Positions 25,701 through 38,300 of a DNA stretch of 64,000 nt are shown here, piece by piece. A model generated the notes under the pieces. That model was not told the origin of the DNA, made no database searches, and saw only the letters and a list, made by a program, of their open reading frames with translations. This DNA comes from Cyanophora paradoxa CCMP329 (lineage: Eukaryota > Plantae > Glaucophyta). A program made the translations under genes and the position numbers. The stretch covers positions 1 to 64,000 of the forward strand of contig QPMI01000150.1 in NCBI GenBank assembly GCA_004431415.1, read 5' to 3'. The stretch's first letter is position 1. The number at the start of each line of letters is the position of its first letter.

Positions 25701-25986
25701 CGAGGAGTTCTGCCAGGGCCTCGCCGCCGACCTGCGCGACTGCCTGGGCGACCTGCGCGACCGCCGGACGTACGAGGAGGTCGGCGCCAAGAAGATGACC
25801 ATGTGGGCCGGCTCCCACGCCCAGCAGCGCTCCGCCGGCGGCAGCGCCCCCAAGTACCAGAACAAGGTACCCGGCCCGCCGGCCCGCCGGCCCGCCCCTC
25901 GCCTGGCTCGCTTTGCTGATCGCCGCCGGTGGCCGCAGATGAAGGCGGCCTTCTCCAAGTCGGCGAGCACGCCTACCGACGACTAG
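22751..25986 (+). CDS. VWA-domain protein (WAV3-like C-terminal region) with a YEATS domain and Q/A/P-rich linker inserted inside the VWA domain
   Basis: MIDAS VLDRSGSMSG, GGCTNLAGGL; then HKWTLFV..EFHLHPSFKP..FELTRRGWGTFQ|VKVVL (YEATS); then VWA resumes with MLFTDGLANVG, VFTFGYGADHN, AFADCLGGLVSV, ending SHAQQRS. TAG at 25984-25986. Confidence 0.85.
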
Positions 25987-26298
25987 TGCCGTATACGTAC
26001 TAGGCCTTTAATTTGCTGCTAGACGTAGGCCTCTTACCACGAGGCCCAGGCCAGCTAGGAAAGGACTTGCAATTGTCCCCGCCTCGAGCTCCACCCCGGC
26101 CCAGCCCAGCAATTTCATCCCCTGCTGCGTGTTATCTTTTCCTCTTTGAGCTTTCAGTTTCTGTACAGCACATATATATACACATAAGACTTACATAAAT
26201 TAAATCGTAAGCGTTTTTGTCGATGCCAAGACATGTACATCGATGGGAGAACGAAAACATAGCTAAAAACGTAGCTATAGCTAGCCATGTGTACATGT

Positions 26299-28312
26299 TC
26301 AGTGAACCAATCGTACGCGTCCAACTTCAATGCTGAAACGTGCGCATGCACGGCTCTGAGTGAGGAACCAGCCATCCACAATGCTGCTCGCCGAATTCCA
26401 CAATGACTCTCGTAGGGAGACGCTGACGTTGACCTTGAGAGCGGGGCGCCCCTCGGGGAGGCCGCCGCGCAGGCGGAGCAGAGGGGAGAGGACGACGAGG
26501 TCTGCCTCCTGCGGCGGGCGGTACTCGAGATCCACGAGCTCGAGCTTGGGGCCGCCTTGGGCAACCTCCTGCGATCTCGAGCTCGTCAGATGCGAGCGGA
26601 GAAGAGCAGGGGCAGGGACGATCGAGAGGGGCACACCAAGAAGGTCGACGGAGGGGCACCCTGGCTCGAAATATCCCCTCCAAACTGCAAGACTTGGGCG
26701 AGCGGCCCGAAACAGAGCGGCGGCCGCAGCCTGATCGATAACAACACTGCGGTTGCCAACGGGAGCCTCCACGAACACGGAAATTTCGGTGCGCTCGAGC
26801 CGCTTGCACGCCTCGATCGCGGCCCCTGCCGCGCGGAGGAGGCCCGCACCCTCGTCCGTCGCGTCTCTGACCTGCTCCGCCGCTGAGGAACACGAAAGAA
26901 CGCGAGCACGCCAGGGAAATAAAGCAAATCGCACGTTGATTAAGAGAAAGATGCTGCGAAGCATCGACAGCTCAGCGAGGCCGTGAAGGACTCCTGTTGA
27001 CCGGTGATCAACCTGCAGACGGTATTCGAAGTCAGTCCTAGGCCGCAACATGCGCCGGCTGGCCGGGGGCGTAGCACAGCTAAAGAATGCACCTCTACCG
27101 TCAGCCGCTCGAGGGCGCAGAAGCCAAGCAGTGAGCGCAGGCCGGCTGGTCCCACGCAAGGGAACAAGTCGAAAACCCGAAGGCGAGGGGCGCAGGGCGA
27201 TGACGCGATGATGGCGAGTTCAGCGTCCATGTCCCAGGAAAATGGATCCAACCCCATATTGTGATTGTCTTCGTCGGAGGCACTCATCTCGGCGGTGATC
27301 TCGGACAGATTGTGGAAAGCCGCGAGTTCGACGAGAGCCTCGCGAGAGATGCCGCTGCAACGCAAGCTCTGCAGGCCTGGCCAGGCCCTGCGGAGAGCGG
27401 TCTGCGTGGCGTGTCAGAGTCGACTAGATATCACAAGAACTGAACGAACAAGAGCGAAGCACTCCATATTCTCGCCCGAAAGAGAGTCACCCTCGAGCTC
27501 GAGGCGATGCACTGCCGGAGGGACTGCGCCGGGGCGGGCAACCTCGGCCACCGACTGCCCAAGCCAATCCGAGCCACTAACTACGAGGGAATGCAGGGAA
27601 TCCGCTGGGCAGAGAGCAAGCAGAAGGGAAAGAGCGAGGCGCTCCATCGACAGGAGGTCTTGCAGCTGCCGTTCCTCCTCCCCCACGCTCAGCAAGCCCC
27701 TCCCCGCTCCAAAGGAGTCGAACTGAACTTCCCTCGGCGGCACGGGGCTCGTCGCAAGGGCCCCGAGCAGCGCTGCTCGACTGTGAGCGCAAAAAGAGGA
27801 GAACTGGTGAGAACACGCTACGCACTTGTCGTGGCATACGCTGCTTTCTGAATGGCGCCGATTTCGTCAACTGCAGGCTCGTGCACCTCGTGGCCCTGGA
27901 GCTCGCGGGCCCAACGGCGGTGGCACAACGAGCCGACCACCACTCGTGCAGCGCCGAGAAATGCGCCGTGCTTGAGCCGAGCGATTGCTCGCCTCGCCAG
28001 CTGCTCGAACTGTTGCGACGCCAACGCGTAAAGCTCTCGGCCTTCGCCGTCCCGTGGCAACTTTACCCCGATGCGCAGCTCCTTCCAGTGCACGCCTCGC
28101 ACGAGCCGACCGAAGCGCCGGTCGACAGCCCAGAGCCGGATCCTCTCGTAGGCCTCCGTCGCCTCCAGTTCGCTGAAGATCCGCTGAACCAGCTCGTCCG
28201 GCAGCCTGTCGAACGAGTTCTCCTCCTCCGCAGAGCCCTTACTTGCTGATCCATCTGCAGGAGCTTTGCGCGGTTCGCCTCGGGCCGCCGCATCGCTCGG
28301 GGCCCCCTCCAT
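26299..28312 (-). CDS. F-box protein with degenerate LRR-like C-terminal region
   Basis: FDRLPDELVQRIFSEL..LWAVDRRF (F-box), followed by LxxLxL-type segments (LHSLVVSG, VHRLELEG, LERLTVE). Few introns; splice sites are uncertain. Confidence 0.7.
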
Positions 28313-28457
28313 TCGCAGCTCAAGATCTCCCTGCTGGTCGCGGATCGTGCGAATTCTGCTGATCTGCGGTGCGATCCGCCTCGAGCAGCTCGCTACGAGC
28401 TGCGGTGCCTTTGCGTTGGTACCCCTGCCAGTTGCAACGTCGCCGCAGTTTTTCAAA

Positions 28458-29930
28458 ATGCCCCGGAAGTGCTCCAGCTTCTCGCTGGCGCAGTGCCTGC
28501 CGGCGAAGTGCTTCCCGACGAAGAGGGACGCCCAGACAGAGCCACAGCCTCTTCCCGACCGCCACAGCTTCGGAACCGACCCGGAGCCCGACGCCCCGGT
28601 CGTCCCTGCTGTCGATCAGACCGAGGTCCTCCGGGTGAGTGCAATTCCCGCCCGGTATCGCCTGCTCCGCCCAGATTAACTGCTCCGCCCCTGTGTAGCT
28701 TTGCATCGACTCGCTGTCCGGCGTGCGTCCTGCCCGCGTCCGCGCAATCATATCTCGTCTCTGACACATCGTTCTTCACTTGCAGGAGCTCAATGAGCTG
28801 AAGTGAGCCCGCCCGGCGCTGCCGCCACTTCTCCCGCGCTCACGCCGCCCCGCGCAGAGTGAAGCACGTGAGCACGGAGGAGGAGAACGCGCGGCTCCGG
28901 GTGGAGAACTCGTCGCAGGCGGACGAGCTGCGCCGGCTGCGCGACGAGCTGCGCTCGGCGAAGAGCATCCTGGGCGTGGCGCTGGCGACGGGGAGCCCGC
29001 GCCCGCACTACAAGCCGGAGAGGGCGGAGGAGCAGCAGGCGGCCCGCCCGGCGGCGGCCGCCGCGGAGATCTCCCGCCGCAGCACGCAGTTCATCGAGAT
29101 GAACGAGGCGCCGGCGCCGCAGGCGGTGCCCGAGGCGCAGCTCTCGGAGAACGTGCCGCAGCCGACCGCCGCCCAGCCGGCGGGCGCCGCGAAGAAGGCC
29201 TCCGTCGTGATTCCCCCGCTGCGCCTCAACAAGGAGAACTCCATCCCCCTCCCCGCCCCGCGCCCCTACTCGCACCTCGGCCAGGCCTTCGCCCCGTGCG
29301 CGCAGCCGCCGCCGCCGCCCCCGAGAGTGTGCTCCCGTCCCGCCTGACCCGCCCCGCGCGCAGGGCCAGCCGCGTGCGGCCGAGCTTCCGCCCGACGCGC
29401 GCGGAGAAGCAGGTCCACAGCTACAAGCCCGGGGCGTACGCCGGCGTGCGGGCGCCGAGCGCGCCGCACTCGCAGAGCCCGAAGGAGGGCCGCAAGAGCG
29501 CGGGGCGCTCGCTCTCAGCCTCGGCGAGCCGGGAGACGTCGCCGAAGGTGGCGGCGAAGCCGGCGAAGGCGCGCGTGAGCGGCGGGGAGGACCTCGTGCG
29601 GGCCGTGCCCCCGGCGACCATCGACGAGGCCGGCCTCGCGACGCCAGCGCGCCCCGCCCCCGAGGGCCACCACTCGAGCGGCAACTCGCCGGCCGAGCGC
29701 GGGTCCGCCACCACGCCCGGCACCCGCCCCACCCCGCCCTTCGCCTCGGGCGTCCCCCGCTTCGCCCCCGTCCTCGACGCCGGTCCGCCCCGCGCCCCCG
29801 AGCCCCTCGTCTCCCTTTCCTCGCTGACCGGTGCCCCCCGCAGCCCGCTTCGACGTCTCGCCGCGCCCCGCCGGCTCGGCGCCGACCCCTCGACCCCCGT
29901 CGCCCCCATCCCCTCGCCTCCTTCGCGTAG
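28458..29930 (+). CDS. Hypothetical protein with a coiled-coil segment and Pro/Ser-rich tail
   Basis: MPRKCSS..EVLR|ELNELK|VKHVSTEEENARLRVENSSQADELRRLRDELRSAK, with canonical short introns and GC-biased codons. 3' end approximate. Confidence 0.6.
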
Positions 29931-29939
29931 CCCGGCGCC

Positions 29940-29940
<1 letters not shown>

Positions 29941-29983
<43 letters not shown>

Positions 29984-29986
29984 ACA
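29941..29986 (+). repeat. Poly-C tract followed by (CA)n microsatellite
   Basis: Directly visible. Confidence 0.9.
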
Positions 29987-30316
29987 GCTGCTGCCGGAGC
30001 GACCGGCGAACGATCCAGCGTGCCCCCCCACCCATCCATATCTATGAGTTCCGCGTGCCTGCATTCCGTAGCGACGTGTCTGCAGTCTTCTTCAGATAAG
30101 TTTCATTGCGAGGTTTAATTGGATCCCCTGACGCCAGTGCGACGCCGCAAAGCGGGCAGGCAAACAGTGTGCGGGCTCAGCGGCTCATGATCAGAATAGG
30201 CAGGTTTCGCTGCAGGCTTGCGATATGGATCCGATTCGATTCGATTCAGACTAGTTAAGGCCGCGGCCGCGGCACCGTTGCCCGGCGCGCGCCGGCCGCC
30301 GCACACAGCGGGGCGC

Positions 30317-32300
30317 CTAGACGGTGGTGACGGGCACCGCGGACTCGGCCACGTGCCCGATGTACGGCTTGAGCGAGAGCACGAAGTACGCCGTGACCTG
30401 CCCCCGCCCCGGGGTGAGCCGCCGGGGGGTACGGTGCAGGCTCGCCCGGGGTACGGGGCGGACCGCGAGGAGGATGGCGGAGATGAAGGCGATGGCGCCG
30501 GCGCCGCGGGCCAGGTACTGATCGGGCCACTGCGCGGGCGGCCGGCGTCAGCGGCGTCGACGCCCGAGCCGGCTGCACGAACCTTGTCGGCGGAGACGGG
30601 GGCGGCGGCCTTGTCCTTGGCCTTGACCAGCGCCGCGATGCCGATCGCGAGCAGGACGATCGCGGCGATCACGACGAGCGCCAGGAAGGCCTGGGGGGGG
30701 GTCAGGGGCAGGGGGGAGGGGGGAGGGGGGGGAGATGCGCGCGTTGAGGAGGCCGGAGGACTCCTTGGCGGCGGCGATGTAGCCCAGGACGGCCACGAGG
30801 ACGAGGGCCACGCCGAGGCCCGCCACGCCCGGCGCTGCCGCCTCGGGTCAGGGGCGGCGGAATGCGCGGCGGGGGGTGGAGGGCACCGATGGTGTCGGAG
30901 TAGCCGCCCTTGTACGCGTACGCGCCCACGCCGAAGAGGGCGGCGCCGAGGAGGAAGACCATGACGCAGAAAGCCTGGATCGTCTTCTTCGCGGAGGCCT
31001 TGATGCTGATCGTCCGCCCCGCGAAGTAGATGAGGAGGATCTGGAGGGGGCGGGGGATGAGCCGCAAGGGGGGGTACGGGATCCTTCGGGAGAGGGGGTA
31101 CCTGGAAGAAGGCGGAGACGAAGGCGAGGCCGGCGAGGACCTTGAGGCCCAGCACGACCAGTTCCGAGTACTCCTTGACGGCTGCGCCGAAGCAAGGGTC
31201 GCGGGTTCGGCTCCGGCAGGGGCATGGTTTCCTTCATTGGGGTCGGGGGGGGAACGCGGGCGCACTGTATCCGGACTTCTGCGGAGCGAGGGGCGGGCGT
31301 CAGGCGTGCTTGGAGCGGAGGGCAGGAGACGGAGGGGGGTAGGCGCACGGTGGCGAAGTCGGTGTTGGCCTGGGCGTACAGGGACACGCTGCGGGGTACA
31401 GCGGCTCAGGGAGGCGGGGAGAGAGGAAAAGGCGGCGGCTCGTGCAGGAAGAAGGCGCTCACGATTCGTAGACGTACTCTGCGTCGGAGCCGTGAGAACG
31501 AGGAAGGAAGGAAAGAAAGGAGCGGGGAGGGGGCACCCTTGTAGACGAGGCAGAGGACGCCCAGCAGGATCGTCATCAGGGCCGTCGCTGCGCAGGCGCT
31601 GAGAACAGGAAGGAACGGGGCGGGGCGGGGCGGGGCGGGGCGGAGGGCGGACCGATGAGAACGATGAAGGCGACGTAGAGCTTGCGGAGGTCGTTGCGGG
31701 CCGCGCCGACGACGCCGTACACCGTCGTCACGACTGCCAGGATCGAAACGCCCTGCCGCGGCTCCCGTCAGCGCGGGGCTGCGACCCCGGCCGCGATGCA
31801 GCCCTCGGAGGGCCGGCGGTGCGGCGGAGGCGGAGGCGGCTGCGGCTACGGCGGGCTCGGGGCTAAGCTACGCACGACGAGGGTCCACGGAAGGCCCGCG
31901 AAGCCGGGCTTGAAGTACCTGCCGGCGCGGCGCGTCAGCGGAAACGGCGTGCGAGCGTTTCGAAAGGGCCGGCCACGCACTCCGCGACATAGATGGAAGC
32001 GCCGACAAGGATGCCGGTGACGATCTGTGCAGCGCCGCGGCGCAGGAGCCGTGAGCCGAGCTTACAACGCGAAGCTCCGCGGCAACGCCAGGCGGGTGGA
32101 CCGCACCAGCGTTAGCACCGCAAAGAACTTGTAGTACGTCTGCGAGACGATTCGGCGTCAGCTACGAGCCCCCTAACCGGCCGAAGAGTCCGGCGCTCGG
32201 CAGTTACGCCGGCCGATTAGCTCGTTTTCACGAGGATATGAAGAAGCTCCTGCGCTATGAAGTAGCGATGGGATGGCAGACGCACGCTGGCAGCCGTCAT
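30317..32300 (-). CDS. Multi-pass membrane protein, apparently two tetraspanin-like TM modules
   Basis: MTAAS|TYYKFFAVLTL|IVTGILVGASIYVAE|YFKPG..GVSILAVVTTVYGVVGAARNDLRKLYVAFIVLI. Second module AGLGVALVLVAVLGYIAAAKESSGLLN..FLALVVIAAIVLLAIG. Ends AVPVTTV*. Confidence 0.65.
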
Positions 32301-32349
32301 CTTGCCGACCGGACTGAACGCGCTGTACCCAGGCACCCGAGGCCAAAAG

Positions 32350-35300
32350 ATGGCCGGGAAGCCAGCCGGCAAGAAGCGGGCTGGCACCTCGCCCGCGCGG
32401 GCGAACGGGAACCCGCCTCCGAACGCGGCGAAGAGGTCCGCTGCCCCGCACCCCCCGATCGGCTCGCGAGCCCATCGTCGCGAGCGACCGCGGCGATCAT
32501 CGGGCTCGTAGTGCTGCGCACAGCACGGAAATCATGCATAGATCGCGCGTACGCGCCCCGGCCGCTTGCGCTAACCGTTCGATCGCGCCCGGCAGCGCGC
32601 CGGCGAAAAAGGCGAAGAAGGCAGAGGAGCCTGCGGCGCCCGCGCCTGTGCTGGCAAAGATCCCGGTGCCGGGAGGCGCGCCGAAGCCCAAGGCAAAGCC
32701 AGCGGCCGAGGAGGACTTCCCTCGAGGCTATGCACCGCGCACCAGTGGCGATGGCGCGGCTGAGGTCGTGGACCTGGGAGGGGAACGGGACGTCCTGTTC
32801 GGTTCGAAAGAGTCGAAGGCGAAGCCCAAAGCCGGCGACAAGGGCAAGAGCAAGAAGGGTGAGTGCACGATCGCGATGTGCGCGCTCGGACTCCACCCAG
32901 CTAACGCGCCCCGCGCTGCCGCGCCCCGTAGACAAGAAGGGCAAGTTCGTAGACGCAGACGCTACGCCCGACACTCTCCCGAAGATCGTGGAAGCCCTCA
33001 AGTTCAAGGTCCGCTCCGACCGAGCAATTTGATCCAAGGCGCGCCCGCTCACGTGTGCTCGGCAGCGCCTGACGATCGGCACCGTCCTGCTCGGCGTTGT
33101 GCGCGAGATCACATCCACGGACGTCAGCATCGGCCTGCCCGACAGCCTCACGGGATTCGTCAAGCTCGCCGAGATCTCCGAGCCGCTCACGGAGTTGCTC
33201 GCGCAAGCGGCCGCGCGGGACGAGAGCGATGCGGAGGACAGCGACGCGGCCGGCAGCGATGAAGACGAGGAGGGCGCGAACGAGAGGCGACCCGGCAAGG
33301 TGCGGGCCCCGCATGCGCGCCGCGCCCTCCGCGCCGTGCGGCGCTCACGCGCGCCACAGAGGAGGAGACAGAGCGGCGAGGAGGGCCCGGAAGTGCCGAA
33401 GCTCGCTGACCTGCTGTACCCCGGCCAGATCGTCCGGTACGCCCGCCCCGCCCCCGTGCCGCTCCGCCCGGCCGTGTACCGATCCTCCCCCGCTCGCGCA
33501 GGTGCGTGGTGACGGGCCTGTCGAAGGAGGGCACGTCGCGCCGCGTGGAGCTCTCCATGCGCCCGGGCCTCGTCAACGCCGGCCTCTCCCTCTCCTCCCT
33601 CCACGAAAACATGGTCCGCGCCCGCGCCCGCGCCCGCGCCGCGCGCCCCTCCCGCGCGCGGTCCGAGCGGTCCTGCAGGGCGTGTACGGCTGCGTGAAGA
33701 CGGTGGAGGACCACGGGTACACGATCTCGTTCGGCGTGCCCGGCTTCACGGGCTTCCTCCTCAACAAGCACGCCAAGAAGCTGCGACGCGGCGGCACCGC
33801 CTCCGCCGGCGGCGAGGGTGCGGCCCCCGCGCCCCTCCCCGCCCCCGCCCCCGCCCCCGCCCGGCTGAGCCCTCTGCGTGGGGCAGGGCTGCGGCTGCGG
33901 GTGGGGCAGCCGGTGGAGTGCGCGGTGCTCTCCGTGAGCGCCCCGACCCGCACCGTCTCCGTCACCGTCGACCCCGACGTCGTCGCCCGCGCCACCGTGC
34001 GCCCTTCCACTCCTCGTTGCGCGCGGAAGGGCGCACGGACCGACTCGCGGGGGCAGGCGAAGGAGACGGACGGGATCCAGCTGCAGACGCTCAAGGCCGG
34101 CACGCTCGTCTCCGCCCACGTCGCCAAGGTCCTCCCCAACGGCCTGGTGGGCCCCCTCCCTCCCCTCCCCTCTCGCCCCCCGCCATCCTCCGGGGCTGAG
34201 ACGGGCGGGGGGCAGGTGCTGCGGTTCCTGGGGAGCTTCCACGCGACGGCGGACCTGACGCACCTCGCCACGCCGGCCCTCTCCGAGGCCTCCATCGCCA
34301 GCCACTACTCCCTCGACCAGAAGGTCCGCCCCGCTCGTGATCTCGACCCGCGCGGGGCGGGGCGGGGCGCTGACGCCCGCGGGGCAGGTCAAGGCGCGGC
34401 TGCTGTACGTGGACCCGCACGGCAAGCTCGTGGGGGCCTCCCTGCGGGGCGCCCTCGTCCGCATGGAGCCCTGCACCCTGCCCCACGACCTCCAGGTCCG
34501 CCCCCGGAAGCCTTTAGAACACCTGAGGCGTTCCCTGAGAGGGGGGGCGCGCAGGTGGGGACGGTGATCGAGGCGGCGATCGTGCGGCGGGTGGACCCCT
34601 CGGTGGGGCTCCTGATGGAGGTCCCCAGGCCGGCCGCCGGCGAGGGCGAGCCGGCCGTCGCCCACGGCTACGTCCACGTGCGCCCCGCCCCGCGGCTGAG
34701 CCTCTCCCGCCGGCGCCGCTCACACGGCCGCAGATCTCGCGCGCGTCGGACGGGCACGTGGAGAAGCTGGAGAAGGCCTTCAAGCCGGGCTCGCGCCACC
34801 GCGCCCGCGTCGTCTCCCACTCCGCCATCGACGGTGCGGCCCCGCTGCGCTCGCCGTCTTCGCCGCTGGGCCGACGCGGGGGCGCGCAGGCCTGCTGGGG
34901 CTTTCGCTGCAGAAGTCGGTGATCGAGGCGCCCATCCTGCGGCTCGCCGACTGCGTCCCCGGCATGCTCGTCAAGGCCCGCCCCGCCCCGCGCCCCGGCT
35001 CGGCTCGGCTCGGCCCGGCGTTGCTGCCGGCCAACGCCCCCCGCAGGGCAAGGTGGCGGACGTGAAGGAGTCGGGCGTCATCGTCACCATCGCCGACCAC
35101 GTGCGGCCTCGGCGGCGCGGCGCGGCGCCGGCCCTCGAGCCTCCCAGGCTGACGCGGACCGGACGGCGCAGGTGCGGGGCCTCATCCCGAAGATGCACCT
35201 GGGGGACGTGCGCATCAAGCACCCCGAGAAGAAGTTCAAGGTCGGCGCCGACGTTACCGTCCGGTGCGCGCCCTGCCTTTGATTCTGCTTTTGGAGTCTG

Positions 35301-38300
35301 GCGCCTCTGAGTCTTTGGCCTCAGGGTCCTCACGGTGTCGCCGGCGGAGCGGAAGCTGCTGCTGACGCACAAGCGGACGCTGGTGGAGTCGGACCTGCCG
35401 ATCATCGCCTCGAAGCAGCAGGCGGCGGCCGGGGCGGTCGCCCACGGGTTCGTCACGGCCGTGCGGCCCTACGGCTGCATCGTCACCTTTTTTGGCGGGG
35501 TCCACGGGTGCGCCCTTCTCCGCGCCAGCGTGGACTCGTGCGTTTCTTCTCGGCGTCTGAGCCCCGCGGGCGGCAGGCTGGTCCCGCTGGCGGAGCTCGG
35601 GATCACCACGCGGGAGCTGCAGGCGCAGAGGCGCAAGCGGGCGGCGGAGCGGGCGGCGGCCGAGGGCGGCGAGTCGGAGGAGGAGGGGGCGCCCGAGGAG
35701 GCGGCCGAGGAGGAGGCGGAGGCGCAGCCGATCGCCGAGTGCTTCGCCGTCGGCCAGGTCGTCAAGGCGAGCCGGCTTCGCCCTCCCCCTCCCTTCTTCC
35801 CCCGCCGCCCCGGCCCTCGCTGAGGCGGCGGTCGGACCCGACAGGTCCGGGTGGTGCAGCACGGGAACGACCGCCTCAAGCTCTCCTTCGTGATCAAGGG
35901 CGTCGGCCCGCAGACCAGCGCCGCCACCAAGGCGGCCGCCAAGGCCTCGGCCAAGGCGCCGGCGGCCCCGGGGGCGAAGGCGGCAGGCGCCGCGGGGGCC
36001 CTGGAGGTGGGCGCCGTCGTGCGGGGCACGGTCAAGGCGGCGCAGGCGGGATCGCTGACGGTGGAGATCGGGCCGGGCGTGGAGGGGACGCTCCCCGACG
36101 CGCACCTCACCGACCACGGGGCCAACGCGGCCCTTGTCCACGACCGCCTCGCCCCCGGCACCGAGATCGACGAGGTCCTCGTCCTCACACTCGAGTGCGC
36201 GAGATCCGCCGCCGCCGCCCATCCCGCCTCCTCGCTCACCCCGCCCTCCAGGGCCGGCAAGGCGGGCCGGACGCTCCTGACGCTCAAGCCCTCGCTGATC
36301 GCCGCCGCGCGCGCCGGCGAGCTCCCCAAGTGCGCGGCGCCCCTCCCCGAACTCGACGCGGAGGCGGCCCCGGCTGAGGGCGGGGGGCGCGCGCAGGGCG
36401 TTCGACGAGCTGGCGGCGGGGGCGGTGCTGCAGGGCTACGTGAAGAACGTGACGCCCTTCGGCGTCTTCGTGGGCTTCCTCGGCGACCTCACCGGCCTGG
36501 CGCCCAAGGGCCGCCTGCGGGACGGCTTCGTGTCGGACCCGGCGGAGGAGTACTCGCTGGGGCAGTCGGTGCGGGCCCTCGTCGAGGCGACCGACCCCGC
36601 CACCCGCAAGGTCCGCCGCTCGTCCGCCCGCCTCTTCTCCTCTGCCCCGCCTGACCGGCCGCCCCAACGCAGGCGACGCTCTCGCTGAAGCAGACGGCGT
36701 GCGCTTCGTCGCTGGACGACCCCGCCTTCCTCCGCTCCCTCTTCGCCGACTTCGACGGCCCGTGCGCCCTCTTTGATTCCTGCACCGCCGTTCTGTCCTC
36801 GCGCGCCCCGCCGAGCGAGCGTCGCCCGCGCAGCTCGGCGCTCCCCGAGTGGCTCCGCATCGGCGCCTGCGTCGACGCCGACGTGACCGTGCGCCCCCCG
36901 GCCGCCCCGTCTCCTCTCGATCTCCGCCGAGACCCCGCGCCGCGCAGATGGTGAAGGACTACGGTGTCATCTGCGCGCTCCCGGACGACTTCACGGGCTT
37001 CGTGCACGCGGCGCACGCCAAGCCGGACAAGGGCGCGGCGGCGCCCAAGGCCAAGGCGCGCGTGCGCGGGCGCATCCTCGACGTCAACGCCGCCAAGTCC
37101 ATCGTCGACCTCTCCCTCCGCCCCGCCCTCGTCTCCGCCGGCGACGCCGCCCCCTCGGGCTCGGGCGCGGCGGCGGCCGAGGGCAAGGACAAGGGCAAGA
37201 AGCGGAAGAAGGGCGCCGCGGCGGGGCCGGGCGGGCTGGCCCCCGGCGAGGACGTCGACTGCATCGTCGAGCTGACCAAGGACGACTACCTCGTCGTCTC
37301 CATCCCCTCGGTGCGGCGCTCCGTCCCTAGATCTCCCCCCCGCCTTGCCGCCTGCCCTTGCGACGGGGCCGGGGGCGCAGAAGGAGTCGGCGATCGCGTA
37401 CGCGGCGTTCAACGACTTCAACCTCACTGTGCCGTGCGCCCCGCCGTCGTCTCTGTCTGGCCCACTCTCGAATTCGTCGCCGACGCGGGCCGGGCAGGAA
37501 CCCGCACGACCGGTTCAAGCAGGGGCGCAAGGTGAAGGCCCGCGTGGCGGCGTGCGAGCCGGGCGGGCGGGCGCTGCTGCGGGTGGCGCCGGAGAGCCTC
37601 GCGGGGAACGCGCCCGAGGGGAGCAAGAAGAAGCTGGAGCTGCGGCCCGGCGAGGAGGCCAAGTACCTGAACGAGAGCGTGCGGCGCGTCCTCGACGTGC
37701 AGCCCGGCATGCTCGTCAAGGCGAAGGTGCGAGCGCGCCTCTCGAACCAGAGCCGGGCCGGGCCGAGCCGCCGACCTCGGGTGCGCGCGGGGCAGGTGGT
37801 GGGGGCGGCCAAGGACGGCTCGCACCTGCGGATGTCCCTGGGGCTGCACCTGCCGGCCCGCCTGGACGTGACGGAGGTGGAGGACGGCCCGCTGGGCAAG
37901 GTCGCCGAGGCCTGCGGGCCCGTCGCCGGGCCCTCCTCGGCCGGCGAGGCGCGGGGCGGCAAGAGGAAGGGCAAGGCCCTCGCCGCCGAGGCCGCGGCCG
38001 CGCCCGCCTCCTCCTCCTCCTCCTCCTCCTCCTCGAACCCGCTGGCGAGGTTCAGGCCAAACGACGTGGTCGAGTGCAAGGCGCGCCCGGCTCTACTGAT
38101 ACCTCGTCCGAGTCTGACCTGACCGGGCCGGCGCCGCAGGTGCTGAACGTGCGGACGGTGGAGGAGGGCGGGGACGACGAGGAAGGCGGGGAGCAGGGCG
38201 GCGGGGCGGGCAAGGGCAAGCGGAAGCGGAGGCGCGCCCCGGCGACCCGGCCCGACCCGCCCCCGCGGCGCGAGCCTGACGCGCCCGTCTGCCCCCGGCG

